From assembly GCA_040285825.1 (NCBI GenBank), contig JAUPSS010000011.1, positions 124,001 through 188,000 on the forward strand: a stretch of 64,000 bases of DNA, written 5' to 3'. Positions 48,003-61,449 of the stretch are shown here, in pieces (the stretch's first letter is position 1; each line of letters opens with the position of its first letter). The notes below the pieces were generated by a model. It was not told the DNA's origin. It saw only the letters and a list, made by a program, of their open reading frames with translations, and did no database searches. Position numbers and translations under genes: made by a program. Source of the DNA: Eukaryota sp. TZLM1-RC. Taxonomy: Eukaryota > Protista > Metamonada: BaSk clade.

Positions 48003-51000
48003 CTGCTTCTCCCTTTTTCAAAATAAATCAGCTTATATAAATATGAAACAAAACTATATACAAGTAACCAAATAACTATAAATAAATATATATAATCGAT
48101 TTAATTTAAATAATCGATATAAACTAAGAATTAGCTCCGCTTCCTAATTCTATTATTACGTCTAGACCTCTTAGAAGGCGTAGACTCATTGGAGGTACCT
48201 TGACGTCGACTAGCGGTACGTTTACCAATTTTCTTGTTATCCTTACTTAATAACTTATAAGCTTCGGAGTGTTTAACTGAATCGAGTGGCTCTTCTGTCG
48301 TCTCACCGCCAAACCATTGAACAGTACAGAAACTACCTGATTCAGAGTGGTATTCTGAGAGGATTTTCTTTATAACGTGTTTTTCGAAATCGCCTGCAGC
48401 GACTGCCTTGAGGAACTCAATGTCTTGTGGATTTTCCGCGTTATAGATTTTACAATCTTTCTTGGCAGCTTTTAATTCTGTGCCAGTAGTAAGATTCTTC
48501 AATAATAAAGTGGATTTGGAAGGAAGGTCAATAACTAAGAATGGTCCATTCCAAGATCCATGCAATTTATTATTTTGTTTGGTTTTACGTAAGACGTAGT
48601 CACCAATATTAAATACTATAAAACATGAATTAGTATTATCTACTGAAGACGGAGTAATTAATGTTTGGTGACGCTCTGCTTCTTCCCTTTTATCTTGTAG
48701 ACGAGTGTTTTTCATTTTAATGTCATCTAGTAAAGGGATATTAGTTTCAAATTTGGATAAATTTGCTAATATATTAGCAGGGTCTGTTCTTGGACTAATT
48801 GAAGAACCGAACATCAGTTCGTAGGGGGTGAAACCAGTTTTTCTGCTTTTAGTAGAATTTATTAATAGTTGGGATATAGGTACATAAGTAGACCAATTTT
48901 CGTAATCATTAAAATCTGTTAATAATTTCCTTAAGCATTGGAGAACGTCTCTATGTTTACGTTCTACAAGTCCATTACTTTCTGAATAGTTTGGAATTGA
49001 GTTACTCATCTCAATCACTAATCTATTACACACTGTTTTGAAAGTCTCATTGGCGAACTCAGGTCCATTATCGCTATGAATTAACATAGGTATGCCAAAA
49101 ATTGCGCAAACGTTCCAAAGGTAAGCATCTGCGGTTTCTAAGGCATTGAGTTCTTTTAGAGGGACTAAAATTGTATATCCAGTAAAAGAGTCTACAAATA
49201 CTAATAAATATTTATTTCCTTTGTTGTCAGTGTTCAGAGGTCCAATTGTATCGACGTTTAATCTGGCAAATGGTCGATCTGCCCATAGAGATCCTGTGGA
49301 AGGTGTTTTTGATCTTTTAACTGGAACCGTTTTTTGACAAGTTGGGCAACTTTTGACATGATTTATGAGGTCCTTTCTCATATTAGGCCAGTAGAAGTCA
49401 CCTTTGGATAGTTTGTGTAAACTATCGTTTTTGCTGGGGTGGCCAGATTGAACTAAACCATGTATTAATAATTGTGCCTGTTTTCTGAGGCTCTTTGGAA
49501 TTGTAATTTTATTTTTATTATTTTTCCAAATTTGAGTATTTTTTATCTAGAATTCCATTTTCAAATGAAGAGTCATTGTTGTTTTTGGCTATTTGTTGTT
49601 CAGATCTTATTTTAGAGAACCAAGAAGAAACAATGGGTAAGTCTTGGTGTCTACTTAGGGATAAAATTGATGGGATGTCTTCGAAGTCCGAATCAGAATC
49701 ATCGTCTATTGGAGGTATCTCGTAATTCGAAAGTAAAGTATCTGGTATATTTATACTACATATAGAAGGAGTTTCCTCATTTTGATCTAAATCAATATTC
49801 CTCGATAGCATATCTGTCCAGTGGTTATCTTCACCTGGTTCATGGACTATATCAAAGTCGAATTCAGATAGTATCGGCAGCCATCTCTTTACAATTCTAT
49901 TTTTCTCTGGAGCTGTGGCCAGGAATGCAATGTTTTTGTGATCAGTGAAAATTGTTAAATGTCTAGTTAATAGGTAGCTTTCTAAACAACTTTCAGTTAA
50001 GATCAAGAGTATTGCATATAGTTCTTTTTGTAAAGTGGACCATTTTTTTGTTTCTGTAAGTAATCTACTATAGAATGACAAAGGTTTCACTTTCTTTCTA
50101 TTTAGCGGAGTAGGGTTCAATTTCTTGCCAAATTACGCCTCCTACTGCTACATTTGAAGCGTCAGTACTTATTAATACTCGCTTGCCCGGAGCTGGTAAT
50201 TCAAGGGGCATGTGGTTTACAATTAAATCTTTGATTCGCTTGAGATAATCGTCCTGCTCATCAGCCCATTTGATAATTCTAGGTTTTCCTTTTATTAACT
50301 CGTTAATTGGAGCTATTAATTCAGAAATTCCAGGAAGCCAATCTCTTATGTAATTGATTGATCCCACCAAGGAGCGAACCTCTTTCACTGTTTTTGGTCT
50401 GGGTTTTTTCATAAGGGCTTCAATCTTTTTCTTGCTGATAAACCTAGTTTTGTTCTGCAAGGAACTTCCTAATATGTCAATGGGGTGTTTGGCTGTGACG
50501 AATTTGCATTTTCGTAAACCAATGTTTACCCGTCTTTTTCTGGCGCATTCGAGGACTCTTTGCAGTCTTCTGTAGAATTCATCAAATGAAGTACCGACTA
50601 TGATGATGTTGTCTATGTATATGAAAACGCCGTCCATTTAGAAAATTTCCAACATTACATTTTGAAATACTGCTGGCATATTCTTTAAACCGAAGCAAGC
50701 TCTTTTAAACATAATGGACCTTCCAGGTATTAAAATTGATGTTTTTTCAATATCTTGTTCTGCTACATTCATTTGCCAGAAAACTTTTGATAAATCAAGT
50801 GTGGCAATGTAGTCAGCTCTGCTTAAAAATTCTAATGTGTCACTAATCCGCGGTAAATTAGGTTCGACAGAAATTGTGTGGGCATTAACACCATCTTTAC
50901 CACTAAAGTCACCAGTTAATCTAAGTTTTCTATCATCTGGGTAGATAACTTGGACAATAGGAGAGCTGAATCTATTAATGGATTCAACTGCATAACCTAT

Positions 51001-54000
51001 TTCTATCAATTCGTCGAATATTTTGTTGGCTATTTCTAATTTGCTTGGGTTTAACCGTCTAGCAGGTTTGTATACAATAGCGTTTTCTTCGCGAAAGGTT
51101 ATTGTAAGAGGACTGCAATCAATACCTTTTTTGTTTGGAGTTTCACTAAAAACATCGCTGAAAATTTTAAGTAGACTCGTTAATTTTAATTTATTATTAC
51201 TATCATCTAATTTTATCTCACATTCAGATCTAGTTAATTGCTCCTCAAAATCAGAACGACTTGGTGATTGGTTATCTAAGTTCTTAATCCAATGTTGAGC
51301 GATTTTAGAGTCGAATTCTGATTCTGCATTTAACAAAGTGTGGTGTTCTTTGTCTAATACAATGAAAAGACCATCATCCGTCTGAAGCCCAAGTGCTTTT
51401 AACATGTCTGTCCCTATTAGTGATTTGTTCGAACCCGGGATTACGGGAAGAGTATGTTTATAATGAACTTGTTGCGCAATGCTTCCTACGTTGAACGACA
51501 GAATACCATTTGCACTCCCTAGCGATTATATGGATACGTTATTAGCTGGTAAGAACTTAATAGTGTCCTTGCTATTGATTGACAAATGGCATTGTTCAGC
51601 TAAATCTGCAGTAATAACCGAACAAAACGCAGCCGAATCAAATAGTTGCAATCATTTTGATATCGTTTATTGATATCTCCAGTCTTATAAATGGAGAACG
51701 CTGGAATCTGATGTGGTCTTCACTAACCGTAGAATTAATATCAAAAATACTGTTGATATCAGAGCTGGAATGGTGAATTTGTAGAGGAATTAAAAGATTT
51801 TGTTCAGCTGTTGGAAAGTTGTTGACTGGGTTTCGTAAATCGGCTGTAGATTGATTGTGATTGATTGCATTGATATATACCCGATTAGGAAAGTTGCCTG
51901 TCTTGCTGTTCCGGTTGCTGTTGTTGATCCGTCTGTGAGGAAAAGTACTCGAACGGATCGGTTTTGTCTCAGTAGGGGATGCGTTTGATGATATATCCTC
52001 TGTTGTGTTGGTGTTATATATAGGTCTATACTGACCTCTTCCTTTATGTCCTCTAAGACGGCCTCCACGGCCTCTAAATTTAAATCTATGTACACGTCTA
52101 CCTCGGCCACCTCGGCCCCTTTCTACACTGCTTCTACTGACAGGCGCCTCCTGTTCTCCCAATCTAAATCTTTCTTCTTTGGAAACCCTGCTTCTAGCAC
52201 AACGAGGGTCTATACATTCAAATACAGTGTGGCCGACAGGGTTGTTACCTTCGACGTTACTACAGAACGTACAAAACTTCGAACCTTCTCGTTCATGCTT
52301 TTCAGGAATGTACTTGTGTTGAGGGGTTCCTCTTGACTTTCCTCCTGATCGTCTTGCTCGTTTTGTTTGAGCCTGGGCTGATGGGGTTATTCCTCTTGAA
52401 TAGGTTCTCATTGCCGTGAGTCCCAAAGAAATATCTTCTTCGTTAGCCCTGTTCCTTAGTACATCCATTGTGGGCTTATTTCCTGCTGTGAAACACCAAG
52501 CGAGGAAATGCCTTCTCGTTGTCGATATCACATCGAGTAGAGTTGTTCTATTCGGCGAGTCCCACAAGGATTCCCTAGTCCATAATGGGAGGTGGTCGCT
52601 TGATATGGCAAAGTTGTCCAAACCCATAAGGAAGTATTCGGCTATTAGAGCGGGAGATATGGTTATCAGCCCACTGCTTCCTTTAATCAAATCAGGGATG
52701 GTTAGGACGGTCATGTAGGTGGTCATTCTCAAGACGTCCCCAAAATCTTTACATAACGACCAAACTCGTTGTCAGCCTCATGCCTATTGTGGATTTTTCT
52801 CCTGTACATTCTAGGCTTCATTAGAGCTGTACAAGCCTCATGAAATGATGTGAATTGCGTTCTTTTTAACAAAAATACCATGACGTCAGCGTCGGTATAA
52901 TCAACACCGAGTAAACTTTGACTCTGCCATCTAGATAGAAGGCTAGGGTTGATCTTGCTAGATATTCCTGCAGGACTAGATGAATAAGGCAAGTGCTCAT
53001 CATCATGCTCCTAAATCATAAATAAATCATAATGGTGGATTGGAGGTCCGAGCTTATCTGTTATACTGTTCTCCTGCTCCATGAATTCCCTAAAATATGT
53101 GGGAGCAGTCTCTGTCAGCTCCGTGTAGTTATGGATTTCCGTATCAAAGTTAGGATCAAACCAGGCAGGCAATTTGGATTGTAGGATGTCTTCTGAGTCG
53201 GTCCTACTTCTCTGCTCGATGGAGAGAAACCTTATTCTCCTGCCATGTTGGTCTAGGAAGGAGGCCTTCCAATCCAGTCTATCTTTGATGGGAAGGGACA
53301 TCATTTCGTTGATTCTCTTGTCGATACCAGAGATTCTGGGACGTCACTCTGCGTTACGCCCGAACGTTTCTCTACTCAATTTATCAAGAACCTTTATGAG
53401 TTCATTCCTTTCGTTGAGGGAAATTTCTAATACCTTTTTGGTATCCCCAACCATGCCGAGGGTCTAGAAACCAACGTTTCTGCCTCTTTTACGAATGTAA
53501 CTCCACAGAGGAGGAAGCTGCTCGAACAGACATAAATCTGTTGGTTCGAGGTAAGCTTCCGCATCCTCTCTTAATAACTTGTAGAGCCCCTCGGAAGAGT
53601 CGTCTTCTCCCTCCATTTCATCTAGTTGAGATTGAATTTCGTCATATTCTCCTAATGGGGAAGACGTGTCTAAGGTGGGATTTCCATCCGTTCCCTTTGA
53701 GACAGGTTCTACAATTGGGAGGGGAGAGGGAGACGGGTCCGTTCTCGTTACCTCTTCCATTGCTGAAGATGGAGGGACCTCGTCCACTCTTTCGTCTTTC
53801 TTTTAGGGAGCGGGAGGTGGGATCCGGGTCCGTTACCTCGTTACCCTCTTTGTAATGTATATGTGTATATGTATCTGCTTCCTGTTGCTGCATGTAAGGT
53901 GAGGAATTGGGGTCAGAGATATCTTGCTGAAAGATGTCTGAAATGTTGTAGAGGTTTCTGGGGATGTATACTAGTAAAGTGCTGAAGTTATGGTATAGCT

Positions 54001-54101
54001 TTTGACTTTAAGATGACCAATAATTATTGTTGCCTAAAGTCTATTGTAGTAAAGAGAAGTCTGATTTATTTTCTATTCATATTATATAAGCCTTAGGGCG
54101 C
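47924..54101 (-). mobile_element. Ty3/Gypsy LTR retrotransposon with a chromodomain-like integrase tail; frameshifted and probably inactive
   Basis: gag-PR-RT-RH-IN order; IDSAA protease, LDLSKVFWQ and YIDN (mutated YIDD) RT, TDAS RNase H, SDNGPEF/NGLVER integrase, GPF motif; LTRs 47924-48002 and 54028-54101; PPT 48003-48019. Confidence 0.95.
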
Positions 54102-55018
54102 TTAGGTTTCTTTTTTGTGATTACAGAAAGTAAACCCATTTCTATCCCATTTCTATGTCAAGTTGTGAAATTTTTCTTTTAATGGAAGAGTTGAACATGC
54201 GTAACATTTTCTGATCTTCCATATTAGCAAACCTTTCAGAAAGCCCAACTACTGCTATTCTGATTCCAGCAATCAACGCACACGAAGTGGAAATTGAAAC
54301 TTTAGCCCAACCTCCATTAATTGCACTCAGCTAAATATGATTTGAAAAATTTTACATTTCACGTCCTTTCAAATTCAACAAAACTTTTGCTCTTGATTCA
54401 TCAAATCTCTGGACCAAAAGCTTAAAGATCTATAGATTAATAGCTCGACACCATAAACTACGCTTTATTAATAACAAAAAAAGATTTTCCCTATAATTGA
54501 TCAACGTGAAATATTGAGCTTGTAACACTTCTAAGTAATGGCCAAATAACAACATTGACATAACATTCCATATAATTTATTTGAGCTGTTGTTAACTTTT
54601 TATCACGTTCACGTTCTTGGTGTGATAGATTACCCATTCAGAATGCAAATGTTTTTGGAACAAATGTGTGACCAGATTTTCGATTGTGTCGTGTACTGAT
54701 TTTATGACAAATAATACAGATTGTGTTCTGTTTGAGTGGTGTGTTGTATTCAATCATTCCAATTGCTTCTAGACATTTTGAATAGAAAATTAAACCACCA
54801 TTATTAATTTTTCGATGATATGATGCTTGTTTTTGATGTGGAAATTGTAATAAATAATGTATCCACATTTTTGCAACAGGGGCATAATCAGATATCCAAT
54901 CAATTGTCACATTTCGTGGATCCTGTGTCAACCAAATTTTATTAGTTACACGTTCATATTTCGAAATCTCATTATCTATTAGAAAATTTTGATGTGTGTT
55001 TTGTTTTATTGCTTCCTA

Positions 55019-58000
55019 ATGCTTTTAGATCTCACAAGCATGACGGTATTGGCCTAAAACGTTCATCTATTTTATCAAATGCTGCGTTTATAGGTGGAAT
55101 CAAGGATTTCCTTTATGAACTTGCTTTATCGTTTCCTCATCAATGGATTCATTTAGCGTATAACTCTTCTTCAGTTGCGATGAAATGTTTACGTACCTTC
55201 TTGGAAAAAAGCTCCAATGATTTCTGGATGGATGCTTTCATCTTTGATTGATGTCAATCCTGAACTAATTCGAAGTAATGTGTTTTCATCATCTTTTTTT
55301 GGTGGAATTAACTTCACTAAATCGTCTATTGTCTGGCGAGCAACTTTCCTTAGTAGAGGAAAAAAATTTGTTTTTGACTTTTGCAACCGTTTTCCACATG
55401 ATGTCAATTTACGGAATTCTACAAGTTATAATTATTTAACAGACCTTGAAAATGGGCTTGATTGCTTACCCCTGACATTTGGAGTAAATGCTTTGCCGAT
55501 AATGTACAGGAAATACCATCAATACAATGCGCCTTCGATGTTTAATTTTGCCTGATAACGTGCCCCATAATTTGATTTGTAGATGTGGATTGAAAATTTC
55601 TCCAAATGATCTTTTTAATTGTAAACATCTTATTACTTTCCGATCAAAAATCCATGATGCAGTTAGGGATCAACTCTACTGTATGCCAAAGTCACACAGA
55701 ATTGTTTTTGATTTAGAACCATTACTCTCTCGTTTGGTTGATGAGGATACTTTAAATTCTTTTGGTCGAAATAGTGGTGATTAATGCTTCAAGGTCTTGA
55801 AGGGACGACCATAATTGATGATGTGAGATCCACTGATGTGTGTCATAATACTTTTATACCGTTAGCTCAGTCATAACACAAGAATCCGCTGTCTGTTGCC
55901 GAAAACATTAAAATTGATCAATATAAAGCAAAATTGTTATCTTTGAATGCTGAAACACATGATTATTATGTCCTTTGTCCATTTGCTTTCCCTATATGGC
56001 ACGCGTAGACCACTTGATTTATCTCTCTTGGATGATTTTGTTAAACTTGTAAAACAACGTACAGAAAGAATCTTTGACAATATGTTTTGGCAGAACAGAA
56101 TTGTATTTTTGATTTTTAAAGGTGTCGTCCCCTTATTATTATCTTCTTTACTATTTTTGGTCGTTTTTATGACGGAAAAACTTCCAGTAATTTCTTTTTG
56201 GCTGATTTGGGATATAAAGATTTAGCACTTTAAGTTTGCTGTTTAATTTCTCGTTGGAAAAAATAAAATTGTAACAAAAATGATTTCTGCAAAACCGTTA
56301 TTTTCTTCAAAAGTTGACTTTTTCTCAATTGAACTTAAAGATATTCCTAACTTTTCAAGAACTTTTCCTAAACTACAGAAGATTATTATTAATTATTTAG
56401 AAGTAGAATCATTGAACAACCAAATTAGCATGGCTAACAACCCCAGTGATTTTCTTTGAAATCATTTTTGTCTATTTTGTGTAGTTTAAATTCTTTTCCA
56501 CATAGTTCATCTTGTTTGATGACACAAGTTCCTTGCTGTTTTGAATTAATGCTTTCAGATATTCAATTTTTGACAGTCATTTGAATTAGACTTAATCTAC
56601 CTTCTCCTCAATGCTTATCACAAAAGAAAGATTAACTTTATTCCAATAATGCAAACAAGATTACTATAAACAACAACAACAACGCAAAACAATATTCTAA
56701 ATAAGTGATCACTAACAGAATGAAGGTAGATTCTCACTATTTACGGGTTCATGAGCACGTACATTGTGAAACTCAGTAATACTTGAAAGTATTGAATTAA
56801 AATAACGTGGTAGAGCCTTACAGAGTGAGAAAACAATTCTGTTCTTCCAAATAAGTTGATCAAAAGAACGTCCTGAGTCTTTTAAGAAACTGCCTAAATC
56901 ATTCAAGAAAGATAGTCCTTCCCTGCCTAAAGGTACAAAAATAGAAATTCCAAATGGAACAAAAACGATGTTTCTGCCACGTTGTTTGTTCAAACGTACA
57001 AGTAAATCATTATACTTCGAGTGCTTGCTCCTTTTTGCATTCTTGAGGGTTGATTCAATATCCGAAGACGAAGACAACTTCCAAGGAGAAACAGTTGTAC
57101 AATCAATAATTAATTCCTGGCCGCTATGCCAAGCACATTGAATGTCACCTCTTTTTTGACTTTGAGCAAGCTGCATTTCATGAAAAACTGGTTCCAGTCG
57201 TACTGGATGATGGGCACTCTTCAACAAATCATAGATGTAATCGCAAACGGCATTGTGAATTATCGATCTCTTCTGAGTGAACTTCCTACAAGATAAGACA
57301 TGAGTATAGGAAGCAACTGCTCCACATTTACAACGAATATTTGTTAAACACTGAGGGGGAGGTAAGTTCAAACGTAGTCTCATAATTGTTGAAATCTGGG
57401 AATCGGAAAGCAACAGACCAAAACGGTGAGGTACTTGGGTTATTAAACAAGATGCACTGTTGATTAAAGAACCCTTATCGCAAAGAGAGGATAGAAATGT
57501 TGCAAAGGAAGAATCACCTGAATTGTTAGCCAAGCTAATTTGTTCTTCTAGTAATTCAACTTCGAGAGCATTAATTAACTTCTTTTGCAGTTGAGGGACA
57601 GTTCTCAAAAAATTACTTAAATCTTTAACTTCAACAGAGGCACGATCAACTGAAGAAGCAAACATTGAAAACCAGAGTTTATCAGAGCAGTTATCAAGGA
57701 ATATTTTGACAAAGAAAGCAGCACTTGAGTTAGAATTAGTGACAAAATCAATCCAGCTATTAGGGAATCATACAGATAATTCAAACAAGAAATTCTTAAT
57801 GCCTCCCAAGAATGCAGCATTTGTCAAGATGGATGAACGAGTCAAACCAACACCACCATACGAAGGTGACCTGAAACAGTGAAGCGGAATATCCTTAATG
57901 TTCTTAACACTGAGTAAGTCAGCCAAAAAGTTGGATCTTCGAGACAAAAACAATTTGATTTCAGGTGTGGTCAAATCTGGTGGAATAGAGCGAATCAGGT

Positions 58001-58790
58001 GATTTACTTTAAAACTGAAGCGTAACCTATCTACATGGAACTTTATGTTTTTTCAACGGCAAAGCCTGAATTTCATCCAACTTAGCAGATACATTTTCAA
58101 TTTCACAAAAGAAATGTAAACGTGGTGCTTATGGTTCTGTTAATCACGTTATTTCCTGCAGCGTATTCACTCAAAAAAGATCAATATCCACAATACTGTT
58201 CGTGATTGTATTTATGATCTGTTAAAATGTACTCATCATGCAATTCGTTTAGAACCACTGTTTGATGAATTGAATTTCAGTTTGAGCCAAAAATGAGGTG
58301 AAATTCAATGTGCATGGTATGATGGAACTGAACAAATTATCGAATGTATTACAGTATCTCCATGGAAAAGGAGTTCCAATTCTGAAATTCAACACCTACT
58401 CACATTTGCAGAGCTTTTCCAGAAATTAAAATACGAAGTCCTTCTTCAACGTATCAATGGAGCAAGAGGCAGAAACATCAAATTTGTCCCAATTGACATT
58501 TGTTTTGACACTTGGATGTGTAGGTCTCATGATGATTTAGCAAAACTTAAAGAAGGTGGTCGTACGTTTCATATTCTAATTTGGAAGAACATAATCGTAT
58601 TTTCGTCATTGAAAGCTTTTCCTCGTTATATTAACTTCATTTTGAATAACCTTACGGAGTTTTTTAACAAGCGAATGCTATTCAAGTGAATAACGCAAAT
58701 CTCCCGTCATTCAAGTAATGGGGTTTTAGTAGGTGAAAGTTTTAGTTAAGGTTTTTGGTTGAGTTCTAAAATGTATCTGTTCCAGGGATA
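55019..58790 (+). mobile_element. Composite of CRE-like family A and family B fragments carrying a nested insertion
   Basis: Inverted counterpart of 40915-44290. Confidence 0.75.
56630..58102 (-). mobile_element. 5'-truncated CRE-like non-LTR retrotransposon nested in family B
   Basis: 317-aa ORF with CKCG...HVLSC...HNAV, EP..RGDI..IIDCT..K.SKY; 12-bp TSD TCACAAAAGAAA at 56618-56629 and 58103-58114. Confidence 0.85.
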
Positions 58791-58946
58791 AATTCTTTTC
58801 AACAATTAGCTATTTTCTATCAAATTCTTCCCACCTCAAATCACTTCTCACAAACTTTTATTGTAATTAAATTTAAAGTCACCCTTTTACTTGTTACGAT
58901 TCATCGAAGGTAAACATACCCATATATAGAACCCATATCTACCTTC

Positions 58947-59276
58947 ATGGGGGTTATTATCCCTCGAAATAGACTTGTTCACTGCTTTTTGATTACTAGG
59001 TACGTTATGAAGTTTGTTCCTTGCTCCTCGTCTGAACGTACAATTCTTAATTCACTGAACCATCCTAATGTTATATCTGTTATTGATTCTGTTATTGAAC
59101 GTAGTCATAGTTTTATTGTTTTCCCTTATGTAAATCACTTTATACCAATTTTCAGTTATTCTTTCGCTTCATTTATGCCTCATCTCAAGAGGTTGTTCAG
59201 TTGCTATTTCACTACCTCTCTTCCTTTCAAGCACTTCACCTTTGAATCAGAGGAACACAAATTATTAAAATGCTAA
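58947..59276 (+). pseudogene. Protein kinase N-lobe fragment
   Basis: YVMK....ERTILNSLNHPNVI......FIVFPYV (subdomains II-V); no HRD or DFG motif follows. Confidence 0.45.
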
Positions 59277-59373
59277 TTTTCGTAAGTGATGATGATGAAC
59301 ACTCTCGACAACGATTGAAGTAACACAAAAATGGCACCAATGCCGCCAATGATGATGTTGGGGAAATCAACAA

Positions 59374-60562
59374 ATGCCACCAATGATGATGTTGGAGAAA
59401 TCGACTTTTGCCATTCAAGAATTCATTGGCTTACTTCCTCGTGTCACTTCTCTTCACTTCTTCATTGGAAACGAAAGTTTAGAAGAGGCCTCAATCAAGA
59501 TGAATTCCCGTGAATCCCCTCTCAAATTCAAGGTCTATGTGTCTGACATTCGTGTCAGTGACCTTCCTGTATTTGATCCCAAGGATGGTGCACCCGACCC
59601 CTACGTCGTCTTTAACTTTGACTCCGCACAATTCAGAACTCCCCACGTCAAGGTGTGCCCTATCACATGTTGTTTTATCTCAGGGTAGTTGTAACCCTGT
59701 TTTTCCCGAGTGGAATGCAGAAACTACTATTGAGTGTGCCAGCCATGATCTCCTTGTTTCTCGTCAGTTATCTATTGAAGTCTGGAACAAAAAGTCGTTT
59801 TCGAAGGATGCCCTATTATGCTACGCTGTCATCGACTATAAGAGTTTAGCTCTGGGCCCAACTGCCAACAGTTTATCACTGTGTCTCGCCGATAACCCAT
59901 CTGTTCTCGCTGGACATATTTCATTCAACATCAAGTTTGAAGAAACTGAAGACTCTCTTTTTGAGTTCTCCAAGGTTTCCATCAAGATTGGAAAACTCAC
60001 TGGATTTGAACCAAGGTGTGTTCCATTTGCTTCAAACCTTTCTCACCTTAGGTACAATATATCAGCTAAATGGATGCTAGAGCACAAGGACCTGAACATG
60101 AGACCTGGTAACTTCCACAAATACACTTGTGGTCTTTTGCTTCCCTCTACGAAAAGCAGAACTTTTAGAAACACATCAATAGCTTCCTTTGATAATATTC
60201 CCGGTAATCTCAGGTTCAACGAGTGTTCAATGGCATCGTATGTACGCCACAACATGATGGTTAAGATCATGCATAGAACTATTGTTGGTCTTCCTCGTTG
60301 CCTTGGTGTCGCTAAGATCGACTTGGAAAAACACATTCCCAAGATGGATAGAACATTTAGTCTCTCTTCAAAGATTGTTTGCTCAAGAACTGGTGATGAT
60401 ATTGGAACTATTTCATTTACTGTTAACCCAGTCCAGTTTCCGATCTACGCTCAATTAGTTGACGGTGTTCGTAATGTACATGGAGTTTGGGGAAAGCAAA
60501 TTTCTAGCCAATTGGAGAAACCTTACAATTATCAAGGAACAAAACCGAAACAAAGGAGATAA
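59374..60562 (+). CDS. C2-domain protein, intron ~59654-59684; start uncertain
   Basis: DLPVFD...APDPYVVF.....RTP.VK|GSCNPVF, IEVWNKKSFSKD; a second C2-like region follows. Confidence 0.75.
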
Positions 60563-60811
60563 TTTGGAAGATTGTTGTACAGATTGAAATATAAATTGTT
60601 TTTTTGACTTAATTGATTGTGTATTGTAACATTATTTTCTTTGTATTTCCTATTTCATATTGATGTATAGATGGCATCTAATTTCTGTGTTTTGAGAGAT
60701 CTAAGGTTTTTGGATGCTGATTTTTAAGTTTTTTAATAAATAGATACTTTTTGAAAAATGTAGATAACATTTTTTGTAATTGTAAATTTTGCAAAATGGA
60801 TTTTGAAAAAC

Positions 60812-60883
60812 GGCCGGTACCGGGATTTGAACCCGGGACCTCTCGCACCCAAAGCGAGAATCATACGACTAGACCATACCGGC
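60812..60883 (-). tRNA. tRNA-Pro (TGG)
   Basis: Cloverleaf with GCCGGTA/TACCGGC acceptor, CTCGC-TTTGGGT-GCGAG anticodon arm, GGTTCAAATCC T arm, C73 and a downstream TTTTT. Confidence 0.97.
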
Positions 60884-61214
60884 GGAATGGTATGGAATGA
60901 AGTCACAAAACTTTCATTTTATCAATCAAACAAATTGACCAAACAAAGTGGTGATCAAAAATTTGGCGATTTTTTGAGGTTTTGGCAAAATATTTATTGG
61001 TCAATATTGAAAAACTTGAGGTTTTATTCAATTATTCTTTCTCAAATGGTACAGTAGTTGAGCCACTTGCCTTAAACTGTTTACCTTTACATCATGATGA
61101 TACAAAAAGCAAACCATAGAAAGTAAATTGTTACTGAAAGTAGTGCATCTTCACTTATATAAACCAAAATAAAATTCTGTCTCAGATTCGAAATTATTTA
61201 ATCACAAAAAATTC

Positions 61215-61440
61215 CAGACCAATCTCTTTTTAATTTGCAATTTTGCTGTGAAAACTGCAGCAAAAATTGTCAAAGATTTTTGGAAGCTGGTATTCTTATG
61301 TTAGACTTGGCTTGGCTAAGAAAAAGAATCGACCTATTTGCAAATTTTTTACAAGGTATGGGCGATAGTACATCTTCTGTCTTAGTATCAACCATTCTCC
61401 ATGTCTTTGGCTCTCTCTTAACTGATTCTGCCTAGATTCT
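61215..61440 (+). mobile_element. Internal fragment of the CRE-like element seen at 33060-33280
   Basis: Direct nucleotide similarity (caatctctttttaattt.caattttgctgtgaaaactgcagcaaa...). Confidence 0.7.
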
Positions 61441-61449
61441 TTAGATTTT

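Noticed and set aside
54200-54980. Coding-like minus-strand fragments next to the Gypsy 5' LTR
   Set aside because: Frameshifted and no family recognised.
60803-61057. 84-aa ORF
   Set aside because: Antisense to tRNA-Pro and spurious.
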